Both the position numbers and the translations under genes were made by a program. A stretch of 63,639 bases of DNA, counting the filler, from a bacterium (GTDB lineage: Bacteria; JBBIVP01): the NCBI GenBank assembly GCA_037439705.1. It is 4 parts of 4 records of this genome, joined end to end, with 100 filler letters (N's around TTAATTAATTAA, not from the genome) between each part and the next. Parts side by side here need not be neighbours in the genome. Positions count along the whole stretch, not along the records: positions 48,111 to 63,639 come from JBBIVP010000027.1; 3 more parts are not named here. One strand, written 5' to 3'. The notes under the pieces are model-generated. The model saw only the letters and a list, made by a program, of their open reading frames with translations, was not told the DNA's origin and ran no database searches. Positions 58,356 through 63,639 of this stretch are shown in pieces; position 1 is the stretch's first letter, and each line of letters starts with the position of its first letter.

Positions 58356-59777
58356 CTAAAAGCATAATTTTCCGGGATTCATTATCCCGTTCGGGTCAAA
58401 AATTCCCTTCACCTTTTTGAGACTTTCCGTGAAGATGGCATCCCTTGAATAGACAAGGTTTGACCAGTATCCGTAGGGTCTTGAAAAGAAAGCACATTTT
58501 TCAAAAAGAAACCAGCTTGCCTTTTCAAAAATTTTATCAATTTCATCTTGAGAGGAATAAAGGGTGAATTCAAGATGGCAGGATGTTCCCTGGACAAGGG
58601 GCTGGATATATATTCCCGTTTCTCCTTTATACCCCTGTTCGTTTAGAAAGGTCAGAAAATTTTTTATAAAAAATGATGCTTTATCAAGAGTGGTGATAAA
58701 AAATATGTCCTTTGAGAATCCATTTTTAAACTTCCAGTATGTTTCCTGCGGGGAGTATATTTTTTCAAAAAATACAAGTCCCTTTATATCTCCCACATTT
58801 CTTATCAATTTCACACCAAAACTCTGTGCAACATCCATAAGGTCAGAAATTTTATAATCCATTCTTTCCTTCGCGAATCTTCCAGAACTTCCAATTCCCA
58901 TACAGAGAATCCATTCAGGAAGCCTTCTTTCTTCTTTGAAGCCGTCAAAATATAAAACCTCTGCATTTGTATTGTTCAAGATGAAGAGTTCATCAACGAG
59001 GTCAAGCCTTAAAAGACGATAGACGAAGTTAATGAGGTTATCACTCAGTTGGCTGGAAATGGTAAACAAGAATTCCACCATTTCTGGAAGTAGTTCACAC
59101 TTAATTGAAGCCCATGTGACAATGCCCATTGTTCCCTGAGCACCCTGAACAATCCTGAAATAGTCAACCTGATGTGGACCGAGTGGAAACTTCTGACCAT
59201 TTCCTATTTTCCACTGTTCCTCTAATCCAAATGGTCCGCTTGCTTCACCTGTTCTGAAAAGGTCTCCTGTTGCGAAGACCACTTCCAGGCAGAGAAGCGG
59301 GTCTGACGCATCCCAATGATACCTTGGCATCATAACAGGTTCTCGTTCAAGAAAGCAGGCGAGGACAGATTTATTCTTTCGTGGAGAAATTGGCATGTTT
59401 ATACGAAGCCCTTCATTTTTGAGTGCTGGAAGGAGTTCCTGAAAATTAACCCCTGATTCAATCACGCACACCCTGTTTCTTCTGTCAATTCTCAAAATTT
59501 TTTTCATTTTTCTCAGGTCAACCATAACACCGCCAATTTCTGGTGTTGAGTCTCCCTTTATCCTTGGCGGTCCTGAACTTACAGGAATAAGGGGAATTTT
59601 TTTCTCATTTGCCCATTTCACAATTTTTATAACATCTTCGGTTGTTTCCGGAAAAACCGCGCACCGGGGAAAAATTTTTATTTTTGCAAAATCACAAATG
59701 TATTCACCCAGCCTTTCCCTCTCCTCTACCACCTCCATCCCCTCTCTTAATCCCTTCAGCTCTTCTATCACTCCCAT
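58356..59777 (-). CDS. FAD-binding oxidoreductase (VAO/PCMH, GlcD-like)
   Basis: VFPETTEDV, DLRKMKKI, ESGV, GAQGTMGIVT, K.IFDPNGIMNPGKL. Confidence 0.9.
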   Translation of the reverse strand: MGVIEELKGLREGMEVVEERERLGEYICDFAKIKIFPRCAVFPETTEDVIKIVKWANEKKIPLIPVSSGPPRIKGDSTPEIGGVMVDLRKMKKILRIDRRNRVCVIESGVNFQELLPALKNEGLRINMPISPRKNKSVLACFLEREPVMMPRYHWDASDPLLCLEVVFATGDLFRTGEASGPFGLEEQWKIGNGQKFPLGPHQVDYFRIVQGAQGTMGIVTWASIKCELLPEMVEFLFTISSQLSDNLINFVYRLLRLDLVDELFILNNTNAEVLYFDGFKEERRLPEWILCMGIGSSGRFAKERMDYKISDLMDVAQSFGVKLIRNVGDIKGLVFFEKIYSPQETYWKFKNGFSKDIFFITTLDKASFFIKNFLTFLNEQGYKGETGIYIQPLVQGTSCHLEFTLYSSQDEIDKIFEKASWFLFEKCAFFSRPYGYWSNLVYSRDAIFTESLKKVKGIFDPNGIMNPGKLCF

Positions 59778-59881
59778 ATATCCCTCTTTTAGATTCTCTC
59801 TTTTAGAGGTATCTTAATTTTTTTAAAATGTCAAGCAAAATTTTTGGTCGCTCGGGAGGGGGTTATTTGCGGATTTTTTAT

Positions 59882-60088
59882 TTAAGAACCAGCCTCTTTT
59901 TCCATTAAAAGACTTGTAAAAGAGCTCAACAGGAACTCTCTGGCATCAAGTATTTCAATTAGAACGGGCTCGTTGTTTTTTGAAAAGTGAATTATTACCG
60001 GACATTCTTCTTCAGCATGATCAATTGGTTTGTCTGAAAGTTCAATAAAAAGTGCGTCCACATCCTTACTGTATCTAATTTTTCTCAT
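59882..60088 (-). CDS. DUF2283 family protein (putative antitoxin)
   Basis: IRYSKDVDALFI...PVLIEILDA; SD AGGAGG upstream. Confidence 0.85.
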   Translation of the reverse strand: MRKIRYSKDVDALFIELSDKPIDHAEEECPVIIHFSKNNEPVLIEILDAREFLLSSFTSLLMEKEAGS

Positions 60089-60328
60089 ACCTTGACCTCC
60101 TTCCAGGATACATAGTTATCATCGTTATTTCCTTACCTTCTACTTCATAAACCAACCTCAGCATATGACTTTCAGTCAACCTTTTTTGAGCAATCCTTCT
60201 TTGTACCCTGTTTCAATTATATCAGGCTCTTTAATCAACATTTTCAACGGTTTGTTTTGAAATCTTCCAGCCGTGATTTTTAAGAATTTCCATTTTTATC
60301 AAAGCATGTCTGTAAAATGAATTTTCAT
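60075..60328 (-). pseudogene. DUF4258 family (RelE-like) putative toxin, multiply frameshifted
   Basis: Joining frames gives MKIHFT/RHALIKMEILKNHGWKISKQTVENV/IKEPDIIETGY/RRIAQKRLTESHMLRLVYEVEGKEITMITMYPGRRSRYEKN*; overlaps the DUF2283 start. Confidence 0.8.
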
Positions 60329-60490
60329 TCTTTTATTTGGTAGTGTATTGAATTGGTTTATATAAGTTAAGTTCTGAAACATTGCTTTTTGAAAAAAACG
60401 AACTCCATCAAAAATTATAAAAATAGATTCTTTGCGAGCCGGTTTACACATTAAATTGAAAAATGAAAAAATTCACCATAACATTTAAAA

Positions 60491-62146
60491 GTGGAAAAAA
60501 GGAGAATAATAAGGCTTGATGAGTCGGTAATATCAAGAATATGCGCTGGAGAGGTAATTGATAGACCATCATCAGCAATTAAGGAACTCATAGAGAATTC
60601 CATTGATGCAGGTGCAGATTTAATAGAGGTTGAAATCCTCAGTCCAGATTTTCTCTCCTTCAGGGTCAAAGACAATGGATGCGGAATGAACAGAGATGAA
60701 ATAAAACTTTCTGTTGAAAGGTGGACTACATCAAAACTTAAAAAAGAAGAGGATCTCCTTTCAATTTTCACATTTGGTTTCAGAGGAGAGGCACTTTTCA
60801 GCATAAGCAGTGTCAGCAGGCTTTTGATAAGAAGTGCAGAAAGGGACGGTGAAGGATATGAATGCTATTTTGAAGGCGGTGAATTCAGGTGGGAAAAACC
60901 AGTTAATATGAGAAGGGGCACAGGGGTTGAAGTCCACGAGCTTTTTTTCAATTCGCCCGTAAGGCGAAAGTTTTTGAAGGGAAGAAAGTCAGAGCTCTTT
61001 CACACCACAGAGCTAATTTTCAAATATGCGATGTCAGACCCTGATGTTTCATTCTTTTTAAGAGAGAACGCAAAGGAGATAGTGAGCATAGAAAAAGGTA
61101 CCACCCTTAAAGGACTCTTTGAGGACCTGTTTGGGAGTGACACAAGGGGATTTGAGATAAATTATGAAGAAGATGGTATAAAGGTAAATGGATACCTTTC
61201 CCATCCACAATCTTCGCCCGTATTGAGAAAGATATATCTCCTTGTGAACAGAAGACCAGTGGAGAGCGGGATTATAAAAGAGGCTATAAAAACAGGATTT
61301 GAGAGGTCCATTGAAAAGGGAAGAAGTCCGTCCGGAATAATAAAAATGGAGATTCCTTCAGATGAAATTGATGTAAACATACATCCTCAGAAGAAAACCA
61401 TAAAATTTAAAAATAAGGAAAGTGTGGAAAAGGTTATTGCAAAAGCCATAAAGACATCCCTTTCAAGAAACACAAAACAGGTTATTTATACGCCCTTCAT
61501 TGAACAAGAAAAAGAAACAATAATTCAGGAAGGAGTAAGGGAAAATCAGGAAGCAGTAAGAGAGGGTTCCAAGCATTTTCTTATTAAAGAGATTCCAAAG
61601 GTTATAGGGAATCTCTGGAACGAGTTTATGGTGGTTGAAAAGGAATCAGCAGTTTTGTTGATTGACATCCACGCAGCCCACGAAAAGATACTTTATGACA
61701 GATTAAGAGAAGAATATGAGACGGAGGAACCCACGATGAACCTTCTTCTTACCCCAATCGTGGTTAATGTGGGAAAAACAGCTTCTTCCTTTGAAAATTT
61801 TCAAAAGATTTTTGAGAGGATGGGTTTTCTTGTTGAAAGGTTCGGAAAGGAAGATATCTGCATAAGGGGTTATCCTTCTGTTCTTGACGAAGATGAGGTA
61901 GAAGATGCCTTTAAGGAGATTTTCAATTCCCTCCTTACCGAGTCACCTCTCCAGGCTCTTGAAAAACTCGCAAAGATAGCCTGTAAAAAAGCGATAAAAG
62001 CGGGAAAATCGTTGAACAACCTTGAACTGATAACCCTTATTGATGAATTAAAGGAAATAAAGGGTGGTGCATACTGTCCCCATGGAAGACCGATAATCTA
62101 CATAATTGAGAAGAAAGAAATTCTTAAATGGTTTATGAGAAGGTGA
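60491..62146 (+). CDS. mutL: DNA mismatch repair endonuclease MutL
   Basis: AGEVIDRP, KELIENSIDAG, DNGCGM, FGFRGEAL, DIHAAHEK, ACK, CPHGRP. Confidence 0.96.
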   Translation: MEKRRIIRLDESVISRICAGEVIDRPSSAIKELIENSIDAGADLIEVEILSPDFLSFRVKDNGCGMNRDEIKLSVERWTTSKLKKEEDLLSIFTFGFRGEALFSISSVSRLLIRSAERDGEGYECYFEGGEFRWEKPVNMRRGTGVEVHELFFNSPVRRKFLKGRKSELFHTTELIFKYAMSDPDVSFFLRENAKEIVSIEKGTTLKGLFEDLFGSDTRGFEINYEEDGIKVNGYLSHPQSSPVLRKIYLLVNRRPVESGIIKEAIKTGFERSIEKGRSPSGIIKMEIPSDEIDVNIHPQKKTIKFKNKESVEKVIAKAIKTSLSRNTKQVIYTPFIEQEKETIIQEGVRENQEAVREGSKHFLIKEIPKVIGNLWNEFMVVEKESAVLLIDIHAAHEKILYDRLREEYETEEPTMNLLLTPIVVNVGKTASSFENFQKIFERMGFLVERFGKEDICIRGYPSVLDEDEVEDAFKEIFNSLLTESPLQALEKLAKIACKKAIKAGKSLNNLELITLIDELKEIKGGAYCPHGRPIIYIIEKKEILKWFMRR

Positions 62147-63060
62147 AAATATGTGTGATTATCTGCGGACCAACTGCCTCCGGAAAAACCTTTCTCGCTA
62201 TTGAAATTTCAAAGAAAATAGGCGGTGAGATTATAAATGCTGATTCAAGGCAGATTTACAAATTCATGGATATAGGAACGGGTAAACCGACATTGGAAGA
62301 AAGGAAGGAAGTCCCGCATCATCTTATAGATGTGATAACTCCGGATGAGAGGTTTGATGCAGGAAAATTTATAGCACTTGCTGATAGTTGTTACGATGAA
62401 ATAAGAAAGAGAGGGAAATTTCCAATTCTTGTTGGAGGAACTGGATTATACATAAGGGCTTTTGAAAGAGGTCTGATTCCATCTCCTCCGATTCCACAGG
62501 AAATAAGGGAAGAAATTTTAAGAAAAAAACAGGAAAAGGGATTAAAATATCTTTACGAGGAACTAAAAAAAATAGACCCCGAAACCGCAGATAAAATTTC
62601 TCCTCAGGATTTTCCAAGGATTGAAAGGGCTCTTTCCTACTACATGGCAATGGGTCAAAGAATTTCGGAAATGAGAAAAAAACACGGATTTAAAGAAAAG
62701 AGGTATGAAACCTTCAAAATATACATTGAGCCTCCGAGAGAAAGGCTTTATAAATCAATCAGAAAAAGGATTTATGATATGCTCAAAAGAGGATGGCTTG
62801 ATGAGACGGAGAAACTTTTAAAAATGGAATATGATGAAAACTGCCCCGGTTTTACATCGGTTGGATATAGGGAAATGGCGGATGTGATAAGAGGAAAGAT
62901 AAAGGTTGAATCGGCGATTGAAATGATTTATAAAAAAACAAAGGAATATGCGAGACGGCAAATTTTCTGGTTTAAAAAAGAGCATTCGGTTAAAATTGAC
63001 AGTCCTGACCCATCAAAAGTTTTAAAAAAGGTGGAGGAATTCTATGAAATTCTTTCTTGA
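62143..63060 (+). CDS. miaA: tRNA dimethylallyltransferase
   Basis: GPTASGKT, ADSRQIY..MDIGTGKP, VGGTGLY, YARRQ..WF; GTGA overlap with the mutL stop. Confidence 0.96.
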   Translation: MKICVIICGPTASGKTFLAIEISKKIGGEIINADSRQIYKFMDIGTGKPTLEERKEVPHHLIDVITPDERFDAGKFIALADSCYDEIRKRGKFPILVGGTGLYIRAFERGLIPSPPIPQEIREEILRKKQEKGLKYLYEELKKIDPETADKISPQDFPRIERALSYYMAMGQRISEMRKKHGFKEKRYETFKIYIEPPRERLYKSIRKRIYDMLKRGWLDETEKLLKMEYDENCPGFTSVGYREMADVIRGKIKVESAIEMIYKKTKEYARRQIFWFKKEHSVKIDSPDPSKVLKKVEEFYEILS

Positions 63061-63639
63061 TTTTGAGAAACCCCTCGAAAAACTTGAAGAGAGGTTGAGG
63101 GAACTCAAACTTCTTTCAATGACAGGAGCGAATGGCAACATTCCTGCTCAGATAAAAGAAATTGAGGAAAAAATTTATAGAGTATGTGAAAGGATATATT
63201 CAAGACTGACTTCCTGGCAGATAGTTCAGATAGCAAGACATCCATCAAGACCGAGGGCTCTTGACTTCATAAACGGCATATTTGAGAACTTTGAAGAGAT
63301 TCACGGAGATAGAAGTTTCAGGGATGACCCGGCAATTGTTTGTGGACTGGGAGAGGTAAACGGAAAAAATGTTGCAATAATAGCCCAGGAAAGAGGGAGG
63401 ATAACAAGGGATAGAAGTTACAGGAATTTCGGAATGGCACATCCGGAAGGATACAGAAAGGCTATGAGAATGATGAAAATTGCAGAAAGATTCTCACTTC
63501 CTGTAATTACATTTGTTGATACACCCGGAGCCTATCCCGGAATAGGTGCAGAGGAAAGGGGGCAGGCTCCTACCATTGGAGAATCAATCATGACGATGCT
63601 CAACCTTCAAACCCCTACACTGGCAATTGTAATTGGAGA
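63044..63639 (+). CDS. accA: Acetyl-CoA carboxylase carboxyltransferase alpha subunit, runs off the window (absent from ORF track)
   Basis: Translation MKFFLDFEKP...WQIVQIARHPSRP...HGDRSFRDD...NFGMAHPEGYRKA...FVDTPGAYPG..AEERGQ. Confidence 0.96.
   Translation, partial: MKFFLDFEKPLEKLEERLRELKLLSMTGANGNIPAQIKEIEEKIYRVCERIYSRLTSWQIVQIARHPSRPRALDFINGIFENFEEIHGDRSFRDDPAIVCGLGEVNGKNVAIIAQERGRITRDRSYRNFGMAHPEGYRKAMRMMKIAERFSLPVITFVDTPGAYPGIGAEERGQAPTIGESIMTMLNLQTPTLAIVIG

Noticed and set aside
59784-59807. 10-bp direct repeat CTCTTTTAGA twice upstream of the FAD oxidoreductase operon
   Set aside because: Could be an operator but is low-complexity and has no adjacent regulator; insufficient support.
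59845-59864. Minus-strand CCCCCTCCCGAGCGACCA resembling a tRNA 3' end next to the TA pair
   Set aside because: No TTCRA T-loop or rest of a cloverleaf; probably chance.

Overview
AT-rich bacterial sequence, apparently from a draft or metagenome-assembled genome. At least four contigs are joined by artificial N-TTAATTAATTAA-N linkers (about 16.6, 32.4 and 48.1 kb), and there are three internal N gaps. Most genes are housekeeping (oppDF, aroQ-M24 peptidase-accBC, fabK, gcdH, nth, efp, rlmB, pyrF, proB, mutL-miaA-accA). There is also a deltaproteobacterial/myxobacterial-like signalling repertoire: stand-alone MshEN, Roadblock/MglB, pseudo-receiver coiled-coil, a DUF4388 pair, a PilZ pair and an MCP-CheR(TPR)-CheW-CheA(REC) cluster. 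Strongest candidates for undescribed systems: (1) a coupled four-gene operon at 2.7-8.0 kb (unknown protein, two BrxD/DUF2791-like ATPases, one with a Tudor-like N-terminus, and an Lhr/BrxHI-like helicase) with no BREX core genes, beside an IS481-like relic, a putative stand-alone defence or DNA-processing module; (2) an orphan nucleotidyltransferase/HPr-kinase-like/PqqD/S24-S26 cassette coupled to a dehydratase activase; (3) an envelope operon of FlgO/CsgG-, LPP20- and FlgT-like genes with a CHASE2 adenylate cyclase and a repeat lipoprotein. Also seen: an EF-P lacking the PGKG lysine, repeated leaderless promoter architecture and several frameshifted genes. No rRNA, intact tRNA or CRISPR array was recognised. 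All family calls come from motif recognition by eye, not database searches.
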